Shown here: in pieces, positions 27,105 to 36,288 of the stretch | Layout of the letters: each line of letters begins with the position of its first letter | How positions within the stretch are numbered: position 1 is the stretch's first letter | Source of the DNA: Bacteroidota bacterium | GTDB lineage: Bacteria > Bacteroidota > Bacteroidia > NS11-12g > UBA9320 | NCBI GenBank assembly: GCA_024645005.1 | Contig: JAHEGS010000001.1 | Span: 1 to 52,355, forward strand | Reading direction: 5' to 3' | DNA: 52,355 bases | Position numbers and translations under genes: made by a program | The notes under the pieces: generated by a model | Databases searched by the model: none | What the model was told of the DNA's origin: nothing | What the model saw: only the letters and a program-made list of their open reading frames with translations

Positions 27105-27872
27105 ATGGTAAGGTTTTATACTGTAATATTAGTGCTGATATCATTTTATGGATATGGTCAAGTATACGACAATGTGGATGAGATAGAAAACTCAACAAAT
27201 CTATCCCAAAAATCTTCATCGATTTTAGATTGGAAATCTCGATTACATACAGGATTATCAAGTTCATTTTTTGTCGATTTCATTACCTCCCCATTGAGTT
27301 ATATTGATATAGTTTATACCGATCCCGGAAATATTAAGCGTATCGAAAAGGGGGCTGTTCAAACAACTTATACCTCTTTTTATACTATAGGTTTTGTGCC
27401 GAGATACAATGTATATGAAATAAAAAATAACTTAGCTCTTGCAGTTTCTGCACCTATTGCAATAGGATTTGGGAATGCAATACCAGCATCTGAGTCAGTG
27501 AATGGTGGAAGTGGTTTTGGCAATTTTCAATTGCCCATCTTTTTGAATATTTTTTACGGAGCTGAGTCGACATACAATGCTCAAGATCAAATTGGTTTTA
27601 ATCTAGGTTATGGAATTGAATTTAATAAAATTGGACTATTAGGTTTCTCATCATCACCTCAAAATGAAAATATGAATAAATCATGGGTTATGCCTGCTTT
27701 TACAGCGGGGGCACAATTTTACAGAGGATTATCACCTATGGAAGTAAATGTGAAATTTGGATATGGAGGAATTGAAAATCAACGAGTGGACCAATATGGT
27801 AACCCATTATTGAATGGGAAACGAATTACTAGAGCTTCATCAATTAAGCTAAGTATTATTTACTATTTCTAG
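27105..27872 (+). CDS. Exported hypothetical protein, possible outer-membrane beta-barrel
   Basis: Signal peptide; alternating beta-strand pattern; C-terminal ..IIYYF; TAAATTTG box at 27089-27096. Confidence 0.65.
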   Translation: MVRFYTVILVLISFYGYGQVYDNVDEIENSTNLSQKSSSILDWKSRLHTGLSSSFFVDFITSPLSYIDIVYTDPGNIKRIEKGAVQTTYTSFYTIGFVPRYNVYEIKNNLALAVSAPIAIGFGNAIPASESVNGGSGFGNFQLPIFLNIFYGAESTYNAQDQIGFNLGYGIEFNKIGLLGFSSSPQNENMNKSWVMPAFTAGAQFYRGLSPMEVNVKFGYGGIENQRVDQYGNPLLNGKRITRASSIKLSIIYYF

Positions 27873-27874
27873 TT

Positions 27875-29527
27875 CTATTTTAGTATAAGGTTGAGCTTGT
27901 TTCCATCAAATATTCTATCGTATTCAATTCCGATATAATCGAGTAGGGTTGGAGCAATATCAACAGTATATGCTGTGTCTTTTACCTGTCTTGACTGTAT
28001 ATTAGTTCCAAGAAATAGAAGAGGAACATGGGTGTCATAGCAGAGAGGACTTCCATGAGTTGTACCGTTGTATTTGTAGCCTATTAGGTAGTTTTTCTTA
28101 CCGATTATTTTTATAAAATATCCATAATTTGGGTTGTAACTATTTCTCATTTTTTCAATAAATAATTTGTTACATGATGGATTATTTATATCTATAAATG
28201 AGACTGTTTCTTGGATGTAGTCAAGATTTTTTAGATGTTTTTGAATATGATTAACCAACTTAACACTATCAATATCGGGGTTTGATATTACTTTAAAATT
28301 GGGTTCAACACCCCTATATCCAGACGCAGCAATGATAGAGGGCTCATTTAGGTTGAGTTCTCGTTGAATGGTTGCATCTATAGAATCAATATCTTGCTGA
28401 AATTTTTGCTGAGATATTCTCTCGCCCTGCGATTCATGATGATGTGTTAATTCAGGAAATGGTGCTACGCCATGATCTGATGTTAAAGTAAGTATGTAGT
28501 TTTCTTGACCAATTTTCTTGTTTAAGTAATTTATAAATTCCAATAAATATTGATCAAGCTTGTAGTAGTAATCGGCAACTTCATAGCTATCAGGACCAAA
28601 ACCATGACCAATATAGTCGGCAGCAGAGAGACCTACAGTTAGTACATCTGTATGGTTACTTATTCCGAGATTTTCATTTTCAATAAGTTTCATAGCAAAT
28701 TTTAATACAAAGTGATCGCCAAAAGGAGTATTCCATAGAAAATTACCAACGTCTTTATCATTTTGATTTGTTGAATGAGTAAGGTTGTGTGGGAATTTTG
28801 GCTTGAAAAAACCATTTTCCTGATATATGCTATCTATATACAAGTCATAAGTGGTTCTAATTTTGGGATGCAAAAGCCAACCCATAGCTACATCATCTGC
28901 CATAACTTCCTTGCCTAGGTAATTTTTCACCCAATCTGGGAATGGCTCAGCATAATAATCTGTACTAACCATTTGTGTGCTTGTAGCATCAAACCAAAAG
29001 GCACGATTTGCATCATGACCTCCCATAAGAATGGAAGCACGATCTTTTAATGAAACACTATATGACTTAGATTTTGGATTATATGATTTTACGATGTCAC
29101 CAATACTTGGCTTCAATAAATTTTTAGCCGATGATTTTGGTAGAGTACAGTTAGTAATGCCAACAAAGTTTATACTGGTATCCAATATTGAATAATGACT
29201 TTTTTGAGTATTCCTGTAGTATATGGAGTTATTGGTAATTCCATTATTGGATGGGTGACAACCAGTAGCTATAGTGGCATGTCCTGGAGCCGTTGATGTA
29301 TTTGCATGGTTGTGATGAGTATTAAGAAATGATTGGCCATTTTCAGCTAAATATTTTAATCCACCATTAAAATCAGAACGATATCTACTCATATAATCTC
29401 CCCTCATCTGATCCACGCTAATTAGGACAACTAATTTGGGAATTTGATGTTCTTTTTTGATTGTACAACTCAAACAGGAAGCTAAAACTAGGGCATAAAA
29501 TTTGTTCACAATACGAATTAAATACAA
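27875..29527 (-). CDS. pafA: PafA-type alkaline phosphatase superfamily enzyme
   Basis: SVDQMRGDY, T-APGHATIATG (Thr nucleophile), SLKDRAS, DYIGHGFGP, TSDHG and THGS motifs; start uncertain, possible lipobox CLSC. Confidence 0.85.
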   Translation of the reverse strand: MYLIRIVNKFYALVLASCLSCTIKKEHQIPKLVVLISVDQMRGDYMSRYRSDFNGGLKYLAENGQSFLNTHHNHANTSTAPGHATIATGCHPSNNGITNNSIYYRNTQKSHYSILDTSINFVGITNCTLPKSSAKNLLKPSIGDIVKSYNPKSKSYSVSLKDRASILMGGHDANRAFWFDATSTQMVSTDYYAEPFPDWVKNYLGKEVMADDVAMGWLLHPKIRTTYDLYIDSIYQENGFFKPKFPHNLTHSTNQNDKDVGNFLWNTPFGDHFVLKFAMKLIENENLGISNHTDVLTVGLSAADYIGHGFGPDSYEVADYYYKLDQYLLEFINYLNKKIGQENYILTLTSDHGVAPFPELTHHHESQGERISQQKFQQDIDSIDATIQRELNLNEPSIIAASGYRGVEPNFKVISNPDIDSVKLVNHIQKHLKNLDYIQETVSFIDINNPSCNKLFIEKMRNSYNPNYGYFIKIIGKKNYLIGYKYNGTTHGSPLCYDTHVPLLFLGTNIQSRQVKDTAYTVDIAPTLLDYIGIEYDRIFDGNKLNLILK

Positions 29528-29604
29528 GCTATTCTAATTTTATAAATTTTTGAATAATATTATAGATAACTTGTTTTAAGTTTAATGCAATGCCATATTT
29601 GTAT

Positions 29605-31896
29605 ATGCGATTATATAATCTCTTTGTAATACTTTTTTTATTCACCTCCCACGTTTTTGGACAGAGTTTTGCTCAAGGAATAATTTATGATCAAAATGAT
29701 AATAGTATTACTAACGTCCTGGTTACTGTTTCTGGTACAGAAAATACTTCATTTTCAGATGATAACGGTAAGTTTATTTTAAAATACTACAATGAGGAAA
29801 CACCAGTTATATTTTCACATCCAGACTATGATACTTTAAAAATTACTCTCAAGCCATATGAGAATCGGATAATATACATGCAATCTATAGTTAGGACCAA
29901 TGATTATCATTTAGGTTTTATGGCGGGTTTTATTGATTTTGGTAATAAGAATAAGAATAAAAACCTTGAAAATATGCCCTATTTTCTTGGAGAGTCAGAT
30001 GTTAACAGACAATTGCAGATGTTGCCAGGCATTGAGCAAGGAACAGAGGGCTATAGTAATTTATTTGTAAGGGGAGGAGATGTTGACCAAAATTTAATAT
30101 TATACAATGGGACCCCTATTTATAATCCAAATCATCTATTTGGAATCTCATCTACATTTCATCATAAAAGTATAAAAAATACCAAAGTCCATAAAGGGTT
30201 ATCCTCCGCAAGATTTGGTGGTAGAGTATCATCATATATTGAACTTGAAAGTGAAAAAACAAGTAATTACAGTGGTTTGGATGGTGAGTTTGAAATGACA
30301 CCTCTAAATGCAGGTATTTATATCAGTAGTATTAATAAAGGTAAAGGTTTCTTCACATTAGCAGCAAGGCGATCTTGGTTGGATTTACTAACACCTCCTG
30401 AGAGTCGTCAAAATTCAATTAATGCAAATATTTATGATATTCAAATGAACTTTGGTAAAGTATTAGAAAATCAAGATGAAATTGAGTTCAATTTTATGAA
30501 TACACGAGATTTTTACTTTATCTCACTACAGGATGATTCAGTACAGAATCCAAGCAATACGAGGATTAGTGGATTTACCCTCAGATGGTCAAACTTTTTA
30601 TCATCGGTTAAGTATAAACAAAAATTAAGCTCAGTTTTGAGTGCAGAGCATCAACTCTATTATTCAGGTTATCAAGCAAAATCAAAGCTAAAAGAAGAAC
30701 TATTTGACATTAATATTAGGACAATTCCAACCACTGAACGGGAGCTTTTAAGAGGTATTAGAGATATCGGAATGAATAGTGATTGGACTTACCATAGGGA
30801 CAATAAGAACACTATCCACTTTGGACTTCAATCAAGTTCGCGTTTCTTTCAACCTGGGAAAATGACTTACACGTCTGTGGGTTATCCCGCAATTGATGAC
30901 ATCGAAACAGTCTATGGAAATGAAAAGTATGTAGGTTCATCTGAAATTGCCATATATGCAGAAGATCGTTTAAGAGTAAATGCTGATCTGATTTTTGATT
31001 TGGGTTTTAGACAAGTTCACTATGCCTTTGATGGTTTTTCTAAGTTTGCTTTTGAACCACGTATACATGGTACTTATTATCTCGATAACCAAGACGTATT
31101 TAAATTTGGTTATAACAGACACAATCAGTTTATAGGTCAATTAAACATTGGTACAACAGGAAGTCCTGATAATATATGGGTGCCTGCAACTGAATTGGCC
31201 AAACCCAGAAAAGTTGATATTCTGGAATTAAGTTATGAACGAAAAATTGGGAACCAGTATGCGGCCTCATTTAACTTATACTCAAAAACTTTACGAAATT
31301 TAGTGGAAGTCTCCAATTTGTCGGATGCAGGTGATCCAGAACTTGATTGGCAATCGAGTGTTGTATTTGGTTCAGGAAGGTCATATGGAGGAGAGTTCTT
31401 TATTCAGAAGAGTAGGGGTGATATCACTGGATGGTTGAGTTATGCTTACAGCCGAAGTTTTAGAGATTTTGAAGATCTAGATGATGATGAATATGAATAC
31501 AGCTTTGATAGGCCTCATATGTTTAAAGCATACCTTAATTTTACTAATCCAATTAGCGATTGGAATTTTGGTATTAATTATATTATTGGATCTGGACAAT
31601 TATTTACATTACCTATTGGTAAGTTTAGAGACATAAATGGAAATACACAGTTGGAGTATAATGCTTTAAATAACTACAGAAGCAATACTTATCAACGCCT
31701 TGATATTAGTGTTATCCGATTGAATAATTCATACGGATTAGAGCAAGAATGGCGTTTTTATTTGTACAACGCCTTGGGGAATAAGAATCCATTGAATGTT
31801 GCAGCTGTGTTTGATAATACAAATTTTTCTCAAGTACAGATAGACCGAGCTTATTTGGCATACGTGCCAGGTGTAGCATACATTGTTAAATTTTAA
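29605..31896 (+). CDS. TonB-dependent receptor
   Basis: N-terminal CarboxypepD_reg-like domain; plug LQMLPGI...VRGGDVDQN; ARFGGRVSS; terminal F; start trimmed to MRLYN. Confidence 0.9.
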   Translation: MRLYNLFVILFLFTSHVFGQSFAQGIIYDQNDNSITNVLVTVSGTENTSFSDDNGKFILKYYNEETPVIFSHPDYDTLKITLKPYENRIIYMQSIVRTNDYHLGFMAGFIDFGNKNKNKNLENMPYFLGESDVNRQLQMLPGIEQGTEGYSNLFVRGGDVDQNLILYNGTPIYNPNHLFGISSTFHHKSIKNTKVHKGLSSARFGGRVSSYIELESEKTSNYSGLDGEFEMTPLNAGIYISSINKGKGFFTLAARRSWLDLLTPPESRQNSINANIYDIQMNFGKVLENQDEIEFNFMNTRDFYFISLQDDSVQNPSNTRISGFTLRWSNFLSSVKYKQKLSSVLSAEHQLYYSGYQAKSKLKEELFDINIRTIPTTERELLRGIRDIGMNSDWTYHRDNKNTIHFGLQSSSRFFQPGKMTYTSVGYPAIDDIETVYGNEKYVGSSEIAIYAEDRLRVNADLIFDLGFRQVHYAFDGFSKFAFEPRIHGTYYLDNQDVFKFGYNRHNQFIGQLNIGTTGSPDNIWVPATELAKPRKVDILELSYERKIGNQYAASFNLYSKTLRNLVEVSNLSDAGDPELDWQSSVVFGSGRSYGGEFFIQKSRGDITGWLSYAYSRSFRDFEDLDDDEYEYSFDRPHMFKAYLNFTNPISDWNFGINYIIGSGQLFTLPIGKFRDINGNTQLEYNALNNYRSNTYQRLDISVIRLNNSYGLEQEWRFYLYNALGNKNPLNVAAVFDNTNFSQVQIDRAYLAYVPGVAYIVKF

Positions 31897-31900
31897 AATT

Positions 31901-32779
31901 ATGAAAAAGTATTTAATCATTATTCTCACCATATTGAATGTAGGATGCTATCAGGATACCATTAATCCAGACTTACTACAAGAATACCGCAATAAGATGG
32001 TTGTAAATGCAATCCTAACCTCTGGTAAACCAGCCAAACTTATTCTTACTAATAGTCTTTCTGCAATTGATACAAATGGCTTTAAAGGAGTGCAGAATGC
32101 CAACATAGAGATTGAAACATCGTCTGTATCTGAACGCACAATGACGAATATTCCAGGTGATACCAATTATATTTCTGATGTGATTGCTAATGCTGGTGAA
32201 AACCTCAGCATCAAAATAAAACACCCAGACTTTGACTTAAGTGCATCCTCCACAGTAGCTTTCCCCGTTTCGGTTGGAGCTTCGGCTAATTTAACAGTTG
32301 ATGGAGGATTGGATACATCAGGACTTCCAAGTGATTTGATACAAGTTTCGTTTAATGATCCAGGTAATCAATCCAATTATTATCGACTTAAAATCTATTA
32401 CTTAAGCCAAACTACTGGTCTATGGATCCCCTTAGCTTTTACAAAATCAGACCCATCTCTGAGTGGTTATAATTCATACATTTTAAACGATGCAAGTGTT
32501 ATTTTCTCAGATGAGTTATTTAATGGTAAAAACAAAGTAATTAGTTCTGTTGCACCGAATGGATTGGTTTCTTCAAATACGGGAGATAAGTACAAAGTTG
32601 AATTTTCTCATATTTCTAGTGATTTCTTTGAGTACTATCGATCGATTCAACGTGCTGAAGATTCCAAAGAAATCTCTTTTCAAGGAGGTTACAATAATGC
32701 GGTTGTAATCCACACTAACATTAAAAATGGTTTGGGAATTTTAGCTACTCAGACCAGCACTACTGCCATCTTAAAATAA
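31901..32779 (+). CDS. DUF4249-family lipoprotein
   Basis: MKKYLII..NVGC lipobox; FNDPGNQSNYY, FSDELFNG and TNIKNGLGI motifs. Confidence 0.85.
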   Translation: MKKYLIIILTILNVGCYQDTINPDLLQEYRNKMVVNAILTSGKPAKLILTNSLSAIDTNGFKGVQNANIEIETSSVSERTMTNIPGDTNYISDVIANAGENLSIKIKHPDFDLSASSTVAFPVSVGASANLTVDGGLDTSGLPSDLIQVSFNDPGNQSNYYRLKIYYLSQTTGLWIPLAFTKSDPSLSGYNSYILNDASVIFSDELFNGKNKVISSVAPNGLVSSNTGDKYKVEFSHISSDFFEYYRSIQRAEDSKEISFQGGYNNAVVIHTNIKNGLGILATQTSTTAILK

Positions 32780-32847
32780 TAAACTTTTAACCATCGTTGT
32801 CTGTTATAGTTTATTGAAAATTAATTGTAGCTTGCGGCCAGTTTTAT

Positions 32848-35169
32848 ATGAAAATTAGATTATCAACCTTTTTATTAATCCTAGTTATTCATTTAACCTC
32901 ATTTTCTCAAAATTGCACATTTAGAGGATTTGTTTATGACAAAGAAACAGGAACTCCTCTAGTATCTGCTATTGTTACTTTTAAATCATCAAACCAAGGA
33001 GCCTATACAGACGGGGAGGGGTTATTTGCAATCGCTGAGTTAAAACCTGGTAAGTATATTGCTTATGCCACTAATGTGGGGTACGATACGGTATTCTTTG
33101 CTTTAGAAGCAAAATCGGGCAAGGTTATATCACATAACTTTTATATCACCTCTAAAAGTAAACAGTTGAATCAAGTCTATGTAAATGCAGATAAGATCAG
33201 AAAGACGAAAGAAATTAATATTTCCAAAACTACCATCAAGCCAGTTCAGCTAACACGTATACCCTCTGTAGGTGGAGAGCCTGATTTAGTTCAGTACTTA
33301 CAAGTTCTACCGGGTGTTGTTTTTTCTGGTGATCAAGGGGGGCAGTTATATATCAGAGGGGGATCTCCGGTTATGAACAAAGTTTTGCTGGATGGGCTCA
33401 CGGTTTATAACCCTTTTCATAGTATAGGGCTTTTTTCTGTTTTTGATAGCGACATACTTAAATCTGTTGATGTTTATTCAGCTGGCTTTAGTTCAGAATA
33501 TGGAGGGAGAATCTCAGCAATTGTTGATGTAAAGACACGAGATGGAAATAAAAATAAGTTTTCGGGTAAAGTAAACTCCAGTCCTTTTAACTCAAAGGTT
33601 TTATTGGAAGGTCCTTTAAATAAGTATGAAGCAGGAAAGAGCAGTAGTAGTTTTATTGTTTCTTATAAAAATTCATACCTCAATAAATCTGCTCCCGTTT
33701 TTTATCCCAATGTGAATGACGGTATTCTACCGTATTCATTTAGTGACTTGTATTCAAAACTATCTTTTAACTCAGCTAAAGGAAGTAGTATGAGTATTTT
33801 TGGTTTTGATTACTCAGATGCTGTAGACTTTCCCAATTCCACCTCTTACAATTGGAAGTCTAGAGGGCTCGGAACTAAATTCCTTTTGATTCCAGATGGA
33901 AGTAAAACTATCCTAGATGGTAGTGTGACCTTTAGTAATTATCTAATCCAACAAATAGAGCTCGATACTCGACCAAGAAAATCAGGGATAAATGGATATA
34001 ATGTAAATCTGAATTTTTCTCGTTTTGTGAATGAGTCAGATAAACTCAAATACGGACTTGAAATGAATGGGTTTAGGACTGATTTTGAATTTTACAACAC
34101 GCTCAATCGTAAAATTTCTCAAAATGAAAACACCAGTGAGATTAATGCCTATTTTAATTACTTGAAAAATTTCAATAAACGAGTGCTACTAGAAATAGGC
34201 ATGAGAATGCAAAGGTATGCTAGCTTGCAAGAAACAACTCTTGAACCTCGTTTAAGACTGAAATACAATATCTCCAAACGGTTACGATTCAAAGCCAGTA
34301 CAGGTATTTATTCACAAAACCTGATGAGTGCAGTAAGTGATCGTGATGTTGTGAACTTATTCTATGGTTTTTTGAGTGGACCAACAGACTTACCTGAAAC
34401 ATTTATGGGTGAGGAGGTAACCTCAAAATTACAGAAGTCGAGGCATGCAGTTGCGGGATTTGAGTTTGATATTAACTCAATTTCAGAGGTTAACCTGGAA
34501 GGTTATATCAAGGATTTTACTCAGATAACGAATATAAATCGAGATAAGATATTTGATAATACTAGAGAAAATCAAGCTACTAGACCATACTACCTCTATG
34601 AAAATTACATTGTTGAAAATGGTGAGGCCTATGGGTTTGATGTCACCTATAAGCTAGAGAACAAGCGTTGGTATTTGTGGAATGTCTATTCTTTCAATAT
34701 AGTCAATCGTAATGATGGTCGGAGAACATACCAACCTCATTTTGATCGAAGACACAACATCAACATTGTGGGGTCACATGATTTTGGTAAAGATTTGGTT
34801 TGGAATGCGAATGTTCGATGGAATTTCGGTTCAGGTTTTCCATTCACACTTACTCAAGGTTTCTATGAACAGCTTAATTTTAATGGCGGAGCCAGTACAG
34901 ACTACACTACAACGAATGGAGATTTAGGAATATTATACGATGATTTAAATAGGGGTAGATTACCCTATTACCACCGCTTGGACGCTTCTATTAAAAGAAA
35001 AATTAATTTTAAGCGAGAAGATAAAGATTCAAAGAGGAAGGCAGAAATCATAGCCTCCGTAACCAATGTCTACAACCGTCAAAATATATTCTACTTTGAT
35101 CGGATAAATTATAAACGTGAAAATCAACTTCCACTATTACCTAGCTTGTCACTAAGCTATTCTTTCTAA
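32848..35169 (+). CDS. TonB-dependent receptor
   Basis: GGEPDLVQYLQVLPGV, YIRGG, EYGGRIS and RLPYYHRLD motifs; terminal YSF. Confidence 0.92.
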   Translation: MKIRLSTFLLILVIHLTSFSQNCTFRGFVYDKETGTPLVSAIVTFKSSNQGAYTDGEGLFAIAELKPGKYIAYATNVGYDTVFFALEAKSGKVISHNFYITSKSKQLNQVYVNADKIRKTKEINISKTTIKPVQLTRIPSVGGEPDLVQYLQVLPGVVFSGDQGGQLYIRGGSPVMNKVLLDGLTVYNPFHSIGLFSVFDSDILKSVDVYSAGFSSEYGGRISAIVDVKTRDGNKNKFSGKVNSSPFNSKVLLEGPLNKYEAGKSSSSFIVSYKNSYLNKSAPVFYPNVNDGILPYSFSDLYSKLSFNSAKGSSMSIFGFDYSDAVDFPNSTSYNWKSRGLGTKFLLIPDGSKTILDGSVTFSNYLIQQIELDTRPRKSGINGYNVNLNFSRFVNESDKLKYGLEMNGFRTDFEFYNTLNRKISQNENTSEINAYFNYLKNFNKRVLLEIGMRMQRYASLQETTLEPRLRLKYNISKRLRFKASTGIYSQNLMSAVSDRDVVNLFYGFLSGPTDLPETFMGEEVTSKLQKSRHAVAGFEFDINSISEVNLEGYIKDFTQITNINRDKIFDNTRENQATRPYYLYENYIVENGEAYGFDVTYKLENKRWYLWNVYSFNIVNRNDGRRTYQPHFDRRHNINIVGSHDFGKDLVWNANVRWNFGSGFPFTLTQGFYEQLNFNGGASTDYTTTNGDLGILYDDLNRGRLPYYHRLDASIKRKINFKREDKDSKRKAEIIASVTNVYNRQNIFYFDRINYKRENQLPLLPSLSLSYSF

Positions 35170-35185
35170 AATAGTATTATAAAAG

Positions 35186-35422
35186 CTATATCTTCTCCAA
35201 AGGAGACGATGAGCATGATTCCTCGAGTATAATCTGAATGGATGTGTTATGAGGGGATTCTTGATAGCTATTTAGATGATGAATATCCTTTTTTATCCGC
35301 TGATACTGTTCATATAATTGCTCATCGTTTGATAACTTCTCTAATAAATGAATTGATTCTCCTGGAGGGAGTTCATTATAGATGAGTTGAATTAATTTGT
35401 CTTGAGTAGTGTTTTTAACCAT
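35186..35422 (-). CDS. Small hypothetical protein, anti-sigma N-terminal-like
   Basis: T.DKLIQLIYNEL...E....L..L..DEQLYEQY pattern; ATG with an A-rich leader; fills an otherwise empty gap. Confidence 0.6.
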   Translation of the reverse strand: MVKNTTQDKLIQLIYNELPPGESIHLLEKLSNDEQLYEQYQRIKKDIHHLNSYQESPHNTSIQIILEESCSSSPLEKI

Positions 35423-35497
35423 ATAGTTTGGATGTTAATTTTTACACTCATAACGACTTAGATTAAAAGTTAGTGTTTAACAATAATATTTTTTTTA

Positions 35498-36280
35498 TTA
35501 ATACCGCAATACAAAGTTTTCTTTGGATAAGCTGGCATCTATCCATATAATGCCTATAAAAAATAAGTCAAGTGTAATGGTGACCTGAGGTTGACTTTGG
35601 AGATGTTTCCATGCTTTTTCCATGGATGGGGAATAATGGATGTCATCAAAAATGAAAATGGTTTTATCGTGACTATTTTTTTGAAGTTGCTCAAAATAGG
35701 ATATAGTCGGTTCATATTGATGATTACCGTCGATATATATCATGTCAAATGATTTTTTGGGTATCTGTTTAAGGGTATTCTTAAAGTCACCAGTTATGCA
35801 TTGGATTTGAGCTAGATTTAGGTTTTCCCATACTTGTTTTGCTTCTTGAGCTATTCGTTCAGACCCTTCTAAAGATGTGGTACGTACTGATGAATCATAA
35901 GTTAAATATGCTGTTGTAATTCCAAGTGAGGTACCAAGTTCTAGAATATGTTGAGCATTAAAATACTGGGCAGTTGTTCTTAGTAGTTGAGCATACTTTC
36001 TTGATTTTAGGGAGTTGTTGGCAATGGTTTCGATTTTTTTTTGAAAAGTCATTCCCTTTTTCCCAAAATCCACGAAATCAATGATAGCCGGATTTGAACG
36101 AAGTCTTTTACGCTCACGTTCAGCAGCAAGGTATTTACAGTTGTTATTTGCCTTTAGTACTTGTGTAATGAAACCATACACAAGAGGGGAGTGGACGCTG
36201 TGTTTTCCTTTGGCAGAAAAGTAATACAGGATGTATTTAAAAATAATTTTTAACTTACTATATGGCTTTGTATCCGTCAC
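35498..36280 (-). CDS. Class I SAM-dependent methyltransferase
   Basis: HSVHSPLVY, ILELGTSLGITT, YIDGNH and FDDIH motifs. Confidence 0.9.
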   Translation of the reverse strand: MTDTKPYSKLKIIFKYILYYFSAKGKHSVHSPLVYGFITQVLKANNNCKYLAAERERKRLRSNPAIIDFVDFGKKGMTFQKKIETIANNSLKSRKYAQLLRTTAQYFNAQHILELGTSLGITTAYLTYDSSVRTTSLEGSERIAQEAKQVWENLNLAQIQCITGDFKNTLKQIPKKSFDMIYIDGNHQYEPTISYFEQLQKNSHDKTIFIFDDIHYSPSMEKAWKHLQSQPQVTITLDLFFIGIIWIDASLSKENFVLRY

Positions 36281-36288
36281 TTAAATGG

